This document shows positions 34,757 to 44,205 of a stretch of 64,000 nt of DNA, in pieces. Each line of letters begins with the position of its first letter. Position 1 is the stretch's first letter. Below the pieces are notes generated by a model. The model was not told where the DNA came from, searched no databases, and saw only the letters and a program-made list of their open reading frames with translations. The DNA lies in the NCBI GenBank assembly GCA_024235835.1, contig JACKLQ010000004.1, positions 101,132 to 165,131 of the forward strand, given 5' to 3'. Position numbers and translations under genes: made by a program. This DNA comes from Thiobacillus sp. Lineage in GTDB: Bacteria > Pseudomonadota > Gammaproteobacteria > Burkholderiales > Thiobacillaceae.

Positions 34757-37435
34757 ATGAGCCATCATTATCTCCACCCCCTTCTGCACCCCCGCTCCGT
34801 GGCCGTTTTCGGCGCCAGCGACCGGGAGGACTCCGTGGCAGGGATCATCTTCCGCAACATGGTCACCTCCGGCTTCCGGGGCCAGGTGTTCCCCCTCAAC
34901 CCCAAGCGGGAAGAGGTGATGGGCCACAAGTGCTACCCCAACGCCACGGCCCTGCCGGAAACGCCGGAACTGGCCATCATCGCCACTCCCGCCACTTCCA
35001 TCCCCGGCATCCTGGAGGAGTGCGGCGCCCGGGGCATCAAGCACGCGGTGGTGCTGTCCGCCGGCTTCCGCGAGGTGGGCAAGGAGGGTGCCCTGCTGGA
35101 ACAGAAAGTGGCCCAGACCGCCAAGCGCCACGGTATCCGCTTCATCGGCCCCAATTGCCTGGGCATCCAGCGACCGGCCATCGGCCTGAACGCCACCTTC
35201 GCCCTGGGCACGGCCCTGCCCGGGGACCTGGCCCTGGTGTCCCAGTCCGGCGCCATCTGCACCGCCATGCTGGACTGGGCGGAATCCAACGGCATCGGCT
35301 TCTCCAGCGTCATCTCCACCGGGGCCTCGGCGGACCTGGACTTCGGCGAACTGCTGGACTACCTGGCCCACGACCCGGCCACCAAGGGCATCCTCATGTA
35401 CATCGAGGGCATCCGCGACGCCCGCCGCTTCATGAGCGCCCTGCGGGCCGTGTCCCGCATCAAGCCCGTGGTGATGGTGAAGGTGGGCCGCCAGGAGGCG
35501 GGCTCCAAGGCCGTGGCCTCCCACACCGGCGCCCTGGTGGGCTCCGACGCGGTGTTCGAGGCCTTGGTGCGCCGGGCCGGCGTGGTGCGGGTGACCACCA
35601 TCCTGCAACTCTTCGCCTGCGCCCGGGCCCTGGCCGCCCACATCCACCCCACCGGCAACCGCCTCACCATCCTCACCAACGGCGGCGGCCCCGGCGTCAT
35701 GGCCACGGACCGGGCGGTGGAACTGGGCATCCGCCTGGCGGAACTGGCGCCCCAGACCATGGAGCAGCTCAACGCCGCCCTGCCCGCCACCTGGTCCCAC
35801 GGCAACCCCGTGGACATCATCGGCGACGCGGGCGCGGAGCGTTACCGCGCCGCCCTCTCGGCCTGCCTGGCGGACCCGGGCGTGGACGGGGTACTGGCCA
35901 TGCTCACGCCCCAGGCCATGACCAAGCCCACCGAGGCCGCCCAGGCGGTGGTGGACGTGGCCAAGGGCTCCAGCAAGCCGGTGCTCACCTGCTGGATGGG
36001 CGAAAGCCAGGTGGCGGAAGGCCGCAAGCTGTTCAAGGAAGCGGGCCTGCCCTACTTCACCACCCCGGAGCCGGCGGTGGAAGTGTTCTCCTACCTGTCC
36101 GCCTTCTACGAGAACCAGCGCCTGCTCATGCAGACCCCGGGCCCTCTCTCCCACCAGGAACCGCCTGACGTGGACGGGGCGCGCATGATCGTGGAGAACG
36201 CCCTGTCCCAGGGCCGGCACCTGCTCAACGAGGTGGAATCCAAGGCCCTGCTTTCCGCCTTCCACATCGCCGTGGCCCAGACCAGCATCGCCCGGGACGC
36301 CACCGAGGCCATGCTCATGTCCCAGCAGATCGGCTACCCGGTGGCCATGAAGATCAACTCCCAGCAGGTGAGCCACAAGTCCGACGTGGGCGGCGTGCGC
36401 CTGGGCCTGTCCAACGGACAGGCGGTGCGGGCCGCCTATTCCGGCATGATGGCCGAGGTGCACAAGCACGTGCCCGACGCGGTGCTGGACGGCGTGGTGA
36501 TCGAGCCCATGGTGACCCGTCCCAACGCCAGGGAAGTGCTGGTGGGCGTGGTGACGGACCCGGTGCTGGGCCCAGTCATCGCCTTCGGAGCCGGCGGAGT
36601 GGACGTGGAAGCCTTCCAGGACCGGGCCGTGTCGCTGCCTCCCCTGAACCGATACCTGGCCGACGACCTGATCAAGCGCACCCGGGTGTCCAAGCTGCTG
36701 GGCGAGTTCCGCAAGCGCCCCTCCGCCGACTTCACGGCGGTGGAGCAGGTGCTGCTGCGGGTGTCGGAGATGGTGTGCGAACTGCCCTGGATCGCGGAAC
36801 TGGACATCAACCCCCTGCTGGTGGACGAGCATGGCGCCCTGGCCGCCGACGCCCGCATCGTCATCGCCGCCCGGACCCATGGCGCGGATCGCTATGGCCA
36901 CATGGCCATCCACCCCTACCCCGCTCATCTGGTGAGCCAGTGGCAACTGCCCAACGGCATGGACGTGGTGATCCGCCCCATCCGCCCGGAGGACGCGGAG
37001 ATGACCCAGGAGTTCGTGCGGGGCCTGTCGGCGGAGACCAAGTACTTCCGCTACATGGACGCCGTGCAGGAGTTGTCTCCCAGCATGCTGGCCCGCCTGA
37101 CCCAGATCGACTATGACCGGGAAATGGCCCTGCTCATGGTGACCCAGATCGACGGCAAGGACGTGGAAATGGGCGTGGCACGCTATGCCGTGGACTCCAC
37201 CCTGGTCAACGCCGAGTTTGCCCTGGTGGTGGACGATCGCTGGCAGCACCAGGGCATCGGCCACAAGCTCATGAACGTGCTCATGGACGTGGCCCGGGCC
37301 AAGGGCGTGAGGGATTTCGAGGGCGAGGTGCTGAAGACCAACCGCAAGATGCTGCACCTGGTGGAGGGCCTGGGCTTCCGCATCGAGCCCCACCCGGACG
37401 ACACCGACATCAAGTGGGTGACGCGCACACTCTGA
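34757..37435 (+). CDS. Pat/YfiQ-type protein lysine acetyltransferase (ADP-forming acyl-CoA synthetase-like domains + C-terminal GNAT)
   Basis: 892 aa with an N-terminal CoA-binding/succinyl-CoA-synthetase-like region and an ATP-grasp segment. The C-terminal GNAT carries WQHQGIGHKLM. Confidence 0.88.
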   Translation: MSHHYLHPLLHPRSVAVFGASDREDSVAGIIFRNMVTSGFRGQVFPLNPKREEVMGHKCYPNATALPETPELAIIATPATSIPGILEECGARGIKHAVVLSAGFREVGKEGALLEQKVAQTAKRHGIRFIGPNCLGIQRPAIGLNATFALGTALPGDLALVSQSGAICTAMLDWAESNGIGFSSVISTGASADLDFGELLDYLAHDPATKGILMYIEGIRDARRFMSALRAVSRIKPVVMVKVGRQEAGSKAVASHTGALVGSDAVFEALVRRAGVVRVTTILQLFACARALAAHIHPTGNRLTILTNGGGPGVMATDRAVELGIRLAELAPQTMEQLNAALPATWSHGNPVDIIGDAGAERYRAALSACLADPGVDGVLAMLTPQAMTKPTEAAQAVVDVAKGSSKPVLTCWMGESQVAEGRKLFKEAGLPYFTTPEPAVEVFSYLSAFYENQRLLMQTPGPLSHQEPPDVDGARMIVENALSQGRHLLNEVESKALLSAFHIAVAQTSIARDATEAMLMSQQIGYPVAMKINSQQVSHKSDVGGVRLGLSNGQAVRAAYSGMMAEVHKHVPDAVLDGVVIEPMVTRPNAREVLVGVVTDPVLGPVIAFGAGGVDVEAFQDRAVSLPPLNRYLADDLIKRTRVSKLLGEFRKRPSADFTAVEQVLLRVSEMVCELPWIAELDINPLLVDEHGALAADARIVIAARTHGADRYGHMAIHPYPAHLVSQWQLPNGMDVVIRPIRPEDAEMTQEFVRGLSAETKYFRYMDAVQELSPSMLARLTQIDYDREMALLMVTQIDGKDVEMGVARYAVDSTLVNAEFALVVDDRWQHQGIGHKLMNVLMDVARAKGVRDFEGEVLKTNRKMLHLVEGLGFRIEPHPDDTDIKWVTRTL

Positions 37436-37443
37436 GGCCGACC

Positions 37444-37530
37444 GTAGCCCGGAGGAGGCCCCGAGGCCGAGTCAGGGACTGGTTTCCAGGGCGGTCAGCC
37501 CCGGACTCGCCGACGCGCCTCCGGACTACT
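37444..37530. repeat. Inverted pair of REP-like units
   Basis: GTAGCCCGGAGGAGGCCCCGAGGCCGAGTCAGGG (37444-) and the reverse-oriented CCCCGGACTCGCCGACGCGCCTCCGGACTAC (-37530) can form a long imperfect hairpin. It lies between convergent pat and the lyase gene. Confidence 0.65.
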
Positions 37531-37535
37531 ACGTC

Positions 37536-38732
37536 TCAGACCGCATCCAGGGCCTGAGCCAGGTCGGCCAGCAGGTCCTCCGCGTCTTCCAGCCCCACGG
37601 ACAGGCGCACCAGGCCTTCGGCGATATAGTGCTGGGCCCGCTCCTCCGGGGTGTAGGTGGAGTGGGTCATGCTGGCCGGATGCTGGGCCAGGCTTTCCGC
37701 GTCGCCCAGGCTCACGGCCCGGGTGAACAGGCCAAGGGCGTCCATGAAGCGGCGCCCCGCCTCGATTCCTTCCTTGAGTTCGAAGGCCACCATCCCTCCT
37801 GGACGGGACATCTGGCGATGGGCCAGCTCTTTCTGTGGGAAGGATTCCAGGCCGGGGAAATGCACCACACCCACCTTGGGGTGGCTGGCCAGGAAGGCCG
37901 CAACGCGGTCCGCGTTGTCGCAATGGCGGTCCATGCGCAAGGCCAGGGTCTTCAGGCCCCGCAGCACCAGGAAGGCATCCTGGGAGGACATTACCGCGCC
38001 GGTCATGTCCTTGACACCGTGGAAGCGCACCTGGTCCAGCACCGCCTTGGGCCCTATGACCGCCCCGGCCAGCAGATCGCCGTGGCCCCCAAGGTACTTG
38101 GTGGCGGAATGCACGACGAAATCCGCGCCCAAGGCAAGCGGCCGCTGCAGATAAGGCGTGCAGTAGGTGTTGTCCACCACCGTCACCGCCCCATGGCGGC
38201 GGGCAATGGCCGCCACGGCGGAGATGTCCACCAGGCGCATGTTTGGGTTGGCCGGAGATTCGAAAAACACCACCTTGGTGGCGGGCGTCAGGGCCCTTTC
38301 CAGATTGGCCGCATCGCTAAGGTCCACGTGGGTGATTTGCACGCCAAACTTGGCCAGGCCGTGATTCAGGTAGGCGAAGGTGCATCCGTACAGGGTCTTG
38401 TCGGCGATGACCTGGTCGCCAGGGGCCAGCAAGGTCCACAGCAGGGAAGTGGTGGCCCCCTGGCCCGAAGCCGTCACCACCGCGCTCTCGCCCCCTTCCA
38501 GGCTGGCCAGGCGCGCCTCCAGAAGGGCCGTGGTGGGGTTCCCCACCCGGGAGTAGACGAAGCCTTCCTGCTCCCCGGCGAATCGGGCGCTGCCGTCCGC
38601 CGTGGTGGGGAAGGTGTAGGTGGAGCTCAGGTAGAGGGGCGGGTTCAGGGCCCCGGGGCTAGCGTAGGGGTCGTAGCCCAGATGGATGGCTCGGGTGGAG
38701 AAGCCCTGGGGAACGTTGGTGTCGTGGCTCAT
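37536..38732 (-). CDS. Cys/Met-metabolism PLP-dependent enzyme (methionine gamma-lyase / cystathionine gamma-synthase family)
   Basis: YSRVGNPT, and HSATKYLGGHGD containing the PLP lysine. 398 aa. The exact activity cannot be resolved from sequence alone. Confidence 0.85.
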   Translation of the reverse strand: MSHDTNVPQGFSTRAIHLGYDPYASPGALNPPLYLSSTYTFPTTADGSARFAGEQEGFVYSRVGNPTTALLEARLASLEGGESAVVTASGQGATTSLLWTLLAPGDQVIADKTLYGCTFAYLNHGLAKFGVQITHVDLSDAANLERALTPATKVVFFESPANPNMRLVDISAVAAIARRHGAVTVVDNTYCTPYLQRPLALGADFVVHSATKYLGGHGDLLAGAVIGPKAVLDQVRFHGVKDMTGAVMSSQDAFLVLRGLKTLALRMDRHCDNADRVAAFLASHPKVGVVHFPGLESFPQKELAHRQMSRPGGMVAFELKEGIEAGRRFMDALGLFTRAVSLGDAESLAQHPASMTHSTYTPEERAQHYIAEGLVRLSVGLEDAEDLLADLAQALDAV

Positions 38733-38790
38733 GTTGCCTTGTCTCTATGGTTATCGTTGGTGGAGGGCGAATTGTTCGATGCCTGGCCCG

Positions 38791-38824
38791 CAAAGACAAC
38801 GGCGGACCGAAGTCCGCCGCTGTC
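38791..38824 (-). terminator. Intrinsic terminator after cysG
   Basis: On the coding strand: GACAGCGGCGGAC-TTCG-GTCCGCCGTTGTC (13-bp stem with one G-U) followed by TTTG. Confidence 0.6.
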
Positions 38825-38838
38825 GATGGCATGCTGGA

Positions 38839-40284
38839 TCAGTGCTCCAGCGCCGCCGGTTTGTCCAGAGGGGTATGCCAGTGGTCGTCGTCCGCCGGCT
38901 CGGGATTGAACCAGTTCAGCTTGGCGTGCAGGCTCACCACGCTGCCCACAATGATCAGCGTGGGCGGCTTCAGTTCCGCCTGGGCGGCCAGGGCCGGCAA
39001 GGTTGCCAGGGTACCGGTGACGGTCTTCTGGTTAAGGGTGGTACCCTGCTGCACGATGGCGGCGGGGGTATCGCCGGGCAGGCCGTGCTTCTGCATCTCC
39101 TCGCACAGGGTCACCAGGCCCTTGAGACCCATGTAGATGACGATGGTTTGGCGGGGCCGGCACAGCATGTCCCAATCCAGGTCCATGGTACCGTCCTTCA
39201 GGTGGCCTGTGACCAGGATGAGGGCCTGGGCGTGGTCCCGGTGGGTGAGTGGGATGCCGGCGTAGGAGGCCACGCCGGCCGCCGCCGTCACGGCGGGCAC
39301 CACCTGGAAGGGCACGCCGTGCTCCCGCAGGGTCTCGATCTCCTCGCCGCCCCGGCCGAATATGAAGGGGTCGCCCCCCTTCAGGCGCAATACCCGCTTG
39401 CCTTCCTGGGCCAGGCGCACCAGCACCATATTGATCTCATCCTGGGGCACGGCATGGTTGTCCCGTTCCTTGCCCACGTAGAGACGGTCAGCGTCCCTGC
39501 GGCACATGTCCAGGATGGGGGGCGAGACCAGGCGGTCATAGACCACCACATCGGCCTGCTGCATGAGGCGCAGGGCGCGGAAGTTGAGCAGGTCCGGATT
39601 GCCCGGTCCCGCTCCCACCAGGTACACCTCGCCAACCTGGGGCGCGTTTTCCTGGGCCTTGATCATGGCCTGGAGGCTGGCCTCCGCCTCCTGCTCCCTG
39701 CCGGAGAACACCATCTCGGCAATGGGAGACAGGAAGGCCTTTTCCCAGAACTTGCGCCGCTCCGCAGTAGTGGTGAATTTGCTGCGTACGGCCTGCTTGA
39801 AGCGTCCGGCCAGGGCGGCCAGGCGCCCGTAGCCAGCGGGGATGAGGGTCTCCAGCCGGGCCCGCAACAGGCGTGACAGCACCGGAGCCTCACCACCGCT
39901 GGAGACCGCCACCATGACCGGGGAGCGATCGATGATGGAGGGCATGATGAAAGAGCAGGCCTCGGGCTTGTCCACTACGTTGACGGGGATGTGGCGGGCC
40001 CGGGCGGCGTCGTGGACGGCCTTGTCCAGGGCCTCGTCCTCGCTGGCGGCGAACACCACGTCCATGCCGTCCAGATGTGACTCGGCGAAGTCCGCCTGGA
40101 CATGGATGAGCCGGTCGGTGCCGGCCAGTTCGGCGAAGGCCGTAGACAGGGGCTCGGACGACACCGCGGTGACCCAGGCGCCAGCGTTGAGCATGAGGGA
40201 GGCCTTGCGCGCGGCGGTGTCACCGCCGCCCACCACAAGGCCTTTGCGGCCGCGCAGGTCGAGGAATATGGGCAGGTAATCCAT
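38839..40284 (-). CDS. cysG: Siroheme synthase (precorrin-2 dehydrogenase/ferrochelatase + uroporphyrinogen-III C-methyltransferase)
   Basis: N-terminal LVVGGGDTAARKA Rossmann motif and a C-terminal SUMT domain with VYLVGAGPGNPDLL ... GGDPFIFGRGGEE. Confidence 0.92.
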   Translation of the reverse strand: MDYLPIFLDLRGRKGLVVGGGDTAARKASLMLNAGAWVTAVSSEPLSTAFAELAGTDRLIHVQADFAESHLDGMDVVFAASEDEALDKAVHDAARARHIPVNVVDKPEACSFIMPSIIDRSPVMVAVSSGGEAPVLSRLLRARLETLIPAGYGRLAALAGRFKQAVRSKFTTTAERRKFWEKAFLSPIAEMVFSGREQEAEASLQAMIKAQENAPQVGEVYLVGAGPGNPDLLNFRALRLMQQADVVVYDRLVSPPILDMCRRDADRLYVGKERDNHAVPQDEINMVLVRLAQEGKRVLRLKGGDPFIFGRGGEEIETLREHGVPFQVVPAVTAAAGVASYAGIPLTHRDHAQALILVTGHLKDGTMDLDWDMLCRPRQTIVIYMGLKGLVTLCEEMQKHGLPGDTPAAIVQQGTTLNQKTVTGTLATLPALAAQAELKPPTLIIVGSVVSLHAKLNWFNPEPADDDHWHTPLDKPAALEH

Positions 40285-40370
40285 GGCGTGATTAGTGCAT
40301 CAGTAAGCGAAGGGCCAGGCCAGGGTTGCATGGCCGGCCCGGAGGCGCCTTAACATCTGTCAATCCGGCA

Positions 40371-40730
40371 TCAGCTGCCACAGCCGCCGGATCCACAACC
40401 GCCGGATCCGCAACCGCCGCCGCCGCCGCTGCTGCCGCAGCCGCCGGCGCTGGCCTTCATGAACACGAAGCGGGATTCGCCCGGGCTCACTTCGGCGAAG
40501 TCGATGGTGACGTCATCCAGCATGGGCGCGGAATGGGCATTGATGAGCAGGGTCACGCCCCAGGAATCCACGGCGGCGTCGTTTTCACGCTCGTCGTCGA
40601 AGCCCATGCCGAATTCCAGCATGCCGGCATCGTTCACACGGGCGGCAATGCGCAAGGCCATGTTGTCTGCGCCAGCGTCCTTTTGCGCCACGCGAATCTG
40701 TTCGGCGGCTTCCTTGGTCAGACTGATCAT
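40371..40730 (-). CDS. dsrR: IscA/HesB-like protein DsrR with Gly/Cys-repeat C-terminal tail
   Basis: HesB fold (MISLTKEAAEQIRV...LRIAARVNDAGMLEFGMGFD...LLINAHSAPMLDDVTIDF) directly after dsrN. It ends in GGCGSSGGGGGCGSGGCGSGGCGS. Confidence 0.75.
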   Translation of the reverse strand: MISLTKEAAEQIRVAQKDAGADNMALRIAARVNDAGMLEFGMGFDDERENDAAVDSWGVTLLINAHSAPMLDDVTIDFAEVSPGESRFVFMKASAGGCGSSGGGGGCGSGGCGSGGCGS

Positions 40731-40772
40731 GTCTGTTTCCTCTCTAGAGTGCGCAGTGCGTTGCGCGTTTAA

Positions 40773-42167
40773 TCAAGCGGCCTTGCGAGCCGCCTCTCGT
40801 TTCGACCGGTACGCACGCGCCTGGTCGAGAAATGGGTTGATCCAGCCCTGGGGACCACTGCCGCGACGGTGGCAGTAGCTGGCCAGCAGGTTCTTGTGGA
40901 CGAAGCCGTCCATTCCGTCCGTGATGCCATGGCCCCGCAGGACCCGGTATGCATACTTGAGGCCGGACGGCAGATTTTCCAGATGGGAGTAGTGGAATTC
41001 GTGGGCGGGTATCGTCCGGGCCTGGATTGGCCAGAGAGCGTCCCCCGTCTCTTCCAGCACGGCATAGCCCCTGCCCACAGGCCTGCTGCCCATGACAACG
41101 TCGCCGGGCACCACTCCCACCATCTCGTGCCTGGGTCCATCCCAGCTCAGGCTGCGGGCCAGATACATGAGGCCGCCGCATTCAGCATAAACGGGCAAAC
41201 CCGCTTCCACCGCGCGCCGGATGTCCCCGCGCAGGCCGGCATTGCCCGCCAGGTCACCTGCGAACACCTCCGGGAAACCTCCGCCGATGAGCAGGCCGTC
41301 GCAGTCAGGGAGGACTACCTCCTTGAGGGTGTCCACGGGCAGCAGGTCCACGCCGGCGTCCCGCAGGGTGTCCATGTCTTCCTGGTAATAGAAGCCGAAA
41401 GCTCGGTCATGGGCATAGGCCAGGCGCAGACCGGGCGCCCGGGGCGGTGCGGAAACGGGCGGCGCTGGTGGGCCAATGGCTTTCTTGGCCGCCTGTGCCA
41501 GTTCCAGCACGGCCTGCAGGTCAACCTGCTCCGCCACCCGGGCGGCAATGACCTCGATGCGTTCCTCCGCTGCCTCGGTCTCGTTGCCGGGCATGAGGCC
41601 CAGGTGGCGCTCGACGATGGCCAGGCGGTGGTCAGTTCGGACCGCCCCCAGAACCTTCACGTCCGTATAGCGTTCGATGACCGCCCGCAGCTTTTCCTCA
41701 TGGCGGGGGCCCCCCACCTTGTTGAGGATTACGCCGGCAATTTCCACGTCCCGGTCGAAGGCCTGGTAGCCCAGGATCAGGGGCGCCACGCCCCGGGTCA
41801 TGCCCTGGGTGTCCAGCACCAGCACGACGGGGGCCCGGAGCTCCTTGGCCAGGGCTGCATTGCTGTTGGAACCATCCAGGTCCATACCGTCGTAAAGACC
41901 CTTGTTGCCTTCGATGATGCTGATGTCCGCGTGCCGGGCATGACGGGCGAACAGGGCACCGATCTCGTCCAGGCCCATCATGTGGAAGTCCAGGTTGTAG
42001 CTGGGCCTGCCAGCAGCCAGACCATGCCAGATCGGGTCGATGTAGTCCGGTCCCTTCTTGAAGGCCTGCACCCGCTGGCCCAGGTTGCGCAGGGCACGGC
42101 ACAAGCCCAGCGTGACCGTGGTCTTGCCGGATGACTTGTGGGCTGCGGAAATGAACAAACGGGACAT
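40773..42167 (-). CDS. dsrN: Cobyrinate a,c-diamide synthase-like siroheme amidase DsrN
   Basis: P-loop SGKTTVTLGL, a CobB/CbiA ATPase domain and a C-terminal glutamine amidotransferase domain (AECGGLMYL). It lies after dsrP. Confidence 0.85.
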   Translation of the reverse strand: MSRLFISAAHKSSGKTTVTLGLCRALRNLGQRVQAFKKGPDYIDPIWHGLAAGRPSYNLDFHMMGLDEIGALFARHARHADISIIEGNKGLYDGMDLDGSNSNAALAKELRAPVVLVLDTQGMTRGVAPLILGYQAFDRDVEIAGVILNKVGGPRHEEKLRAVIERYTDVKVLGAVRTDHRLAIVERHLGLMPGNETEAAEERIEVIAARVAEQVDLQAVLELAQAAKKAIGPPAPPVSAPPRAPGLRLAYAHDRAFGFYYQEDMDTLRDAGVDLLPVDTLKEVVLPDCDGLLIGGGFPEVFAGDLAGNAGLRGDIRRAVEAGLPVYAECGGLMYLARSLSWDGPRHEMVGVVPGDVVMGSRPVGRGYAVLEETGDALWPIQARTIPAHEFHYSHLENLPSGLKYAYRVLRGHGITDGMDGFVHKNLLASYCHRRGSGPQGWINPFLDQARAYRSKREAARKAA

Positions 42168-42193
42168 GGGTAAATTTTACCGGCTTGAAAGCA

Positions 42194-42220
42194 AAAAGCC
42201 GACAAAATTTGTCGGCTTTT
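42194..42220. terminator. Bidirectional-looking intrinsic terminator between dsrP and dsrN
   Basis: AAAAGCCGACAAA/TTTGTCGGCTTTT palindrome flanked by A/T runs in an AT-rich 73-bp spacer. Confidence 0.7.
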
Positions 42221-42240
42221 CCTTGTTACCGATACATGGA

Positions 42241-43458
42241 TCAGTCGGTGCTTCTCCGGCCCGTCATGGTCTGGAAATCATCCTCGGGCAGAAACTTGAA
42301 TACGCGTACGGCCACGACGGTCAGGATGAACGTGATGCCGACGCCGCCCAGTCCCAGGAGCCATTCGTAGATGCTGGGGGTGTAATCCGCAACCACGCCG
42401 TCAAAGAAGGTGCTGCTGACTTCATGGCCTGGGAACATCTGCAGCGGGAAGGCCTGGCCACCGACGATGGTGACGTACATTTGCGCCATTCCCCCCAGAA
42501 TCACCAGCAAGGGTGCCAGGAAGCAGAAGCACATGGCCTGGGCATCCCTGGAGCGGGGGATGAACAGCAGGACAAGGGGAACAATGCCGCCCAGAAACAC
42601 TTGCCCCACCCAGAACACCGTGGTGTAGGTGCCACCTTCCAAGAGTATCCAGCGCTCGAATGCCCACTGCTTGGCGAAATACAGGTTGGTGAGGTGGAAG
42701 ACCACGGTGAAGTAAAGGGAGGCACCTACAAACACGGCCAGCAGGTTCTTCAATCGACGGCGGATGGTCTCGTCCAGGCGCATTTCGTTCCAGCGGAACA
42801 TGGCGGACTGCACCACCATGAAGATGGCCAGGCCGTAGGCGAAGGACATGATGATGAACATGGGCGCCATGAGGGCGGAGTTGTAGCCGGCCCGGGCGAC
42901 GAGGAAGCCGAAGATGGAGCCCGTAGCGGTGGTGAGGCCCAGGCGCCAGAAGAAGGCGGTATAACCCACGGGCTTGGACCAGGACTTCAATTTGCGGTCC
43001 ATCAATGTGATCAGGTACAGGCCCACAATGGCGAAGAAGCCGTTGTAGAAAATCATGTTCCAGGCAAAGATGGACTTGAAGTTGTAGTGGGTCATGGCCA
43101 CGATCAGGCGATCAGGACGACCGAGGTCCAGAACCAGAATGGCCAGGCCACCCGCCAGCAGAGCAAGTGCCAGCATGCCCGACAGCGGGGCGCGTTTCTT
43201 GTACACCTCCTTGCCGAAGACCGAGCCGATGGAGGCCACGTTCAGGGCGCCGGATGCGGCGACGATGAGAAACACGGCAAACACGTGGGGCAGGCCCCAG
43301 ACCACCTGGTTGTTCATGCCGGTGAGGACATGACCGTGGTGTTCCAGGGTAAAGAAGGCATACAACCCCCCAAGCACCACCAAGCCCCCAAGGCCCAGGA
43401 GGGTCAGGAACAGGTTTGTGCGGCAGGGCCTCTGATTAATGCAGAGTTCTTGTGACAT
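42241..43458 (-). CDS. dsrP: DsrP, NrfD/PsrC-type integral membrane quinone-interacting subunit
   Basis: 405 aa with about 10 TM segments, directly downstream of the DsrO ferredoxin gene. Confidence 0.88.
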   Translation of the reverse strand: MSQELCINQRPCRTNLFLTLLGLGGLVVLGGLYAFFTLEHHGHVLTGMNNQVVWGLPHVFAVFLIVAASGALNVASIGSVFGKEVYKKRAPLSGMLALALLAGGLAILVLDLGRPDRLIVAMTHYNFKSIFAWNMIFYNGFFAIVGLYLITLMDRKLKSWSKPVGYTAFFWRLGLTTATGSIFGFLVARAGYNSALMAPMFIIMSFAYGLAIFMVVQSAMFRWNEMRLDETIRRRLKNLLAVFVGASLYFTVVFHLTNLYFAKQWAFERWILLEGGTYTTVFWVGQVFLGGIVPLVLLFIPRSRDAQAMCFCFLAPLLVILGGMAQMYVTIVGGQAFPLQMFPGHEVSSTFFDGVVADYTPSIYEWLLGLGGVGITFILTVVAVRVFKFLPEDDFQTMTGRRSTD

Positions 43459-43461
43459 CGC

Positions 43462-44205
43462 TTAGATCCCCTGATAACGCACGCCGGTGTTGAGGCCAAG
43501 ATCGCCACGCACCTCCGTGCTGTCGCTGGCCTTGAGCGCCCGGGACAACTCGCTTTCCGGGTCCATGAGATCGCCGAAGATCATGGCATTGTGGCCGCTG
43601 GCATTGCAGGCTTCGACGCAGGCGGGTGTTTCGTCCCGGTCCACGCGCTGCACGCAGAAGGTGCAGGACTCAACGCAGCCCTTGCCCCGAGGCACTTCCG
43701 GGTTCTGGTCGGTGAGGGGCTCATGCACGAAGGAACGGGCCTTGTAGGGGCAGGCCATCATGCAGTAGCGGCAGCCGATGCAGATGTGACGGTCCACCAG
43801 CACGATGCCGTCGGCCCGCTTCATTGAAGCGCCGGTGGGGCATACGTCCACGCAGGGAGGATTCTCGCAGTGCTGGCAGAGCATGGGCATGTTCTGTACG
43901 AAACCCGTGCGCAGGTCCTTGACGTTAACCTTGCGGATCCACTGGCTGTCCTGGGGGCCAATCTTGCCGTCGAGGCCGTTCTCGGCGTTGCAGGCCGTGA
44001 CACAGTCGTTGCAGCCATCTCCGCACTTGGTGGTGTCGATGAGCATGCCCCAACGCTTGTCGCCGGTGGCCGCTTCCTCAGGGGCGCGGCTATGGGCCAC
44101 GCCATAGAACAAAACGCCGGGTCCCAGGGTCATGCCGGCGACCAGGGCGCCTGCCTTGAGGAAATCACGGCGGTCCTGATGCTGCTTGTCGTTGGATTGG
44201 CTCAT
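43462..44205 (-). CDS. dsrO: DsrO, periplasmic 4Fe-4S ferredoxin-like subunit (Tat signal)
   Basis: RRDFLKAGA twin-arginine motif, plus cluster motifs CQHCENPPCVDVCP, CIGCRYCMMACP and CTFCVQR. Confidence 0.9.
   Translation of the reverse strand: MSQSNDKQHQDRRDFLKAGALVAGMTLGPGVLFYGVAHSRAPEEAATGDKRWGMLIDTTKCGDGCNDCVTACNAENGLDGKIGPQDSQWIRKVNVKDLRTGFVQNMPMLCQHCENPPCVDVCPTGASMKRADGIVLVDRHICIGCRYCMMACPYKARSFVHEPLTDQNPEVPRGKGCVESCTFCVQRVDRDETPACVEACNASGHNAMIFGDLMDPESELSRALKASDSTEVRGDLGLNTGVRYQGI

Noticed and set aside
40374-40440. Short tandem repeat that might be taken for a CRISPR-like or VNTR non-coding array.
   Set aside because: The period is about 15 nt with no spacers. It lies entirely in frame inside the dsrR 3' end and encodes the CGSGG tail. 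It is reported as a protein feature instead.
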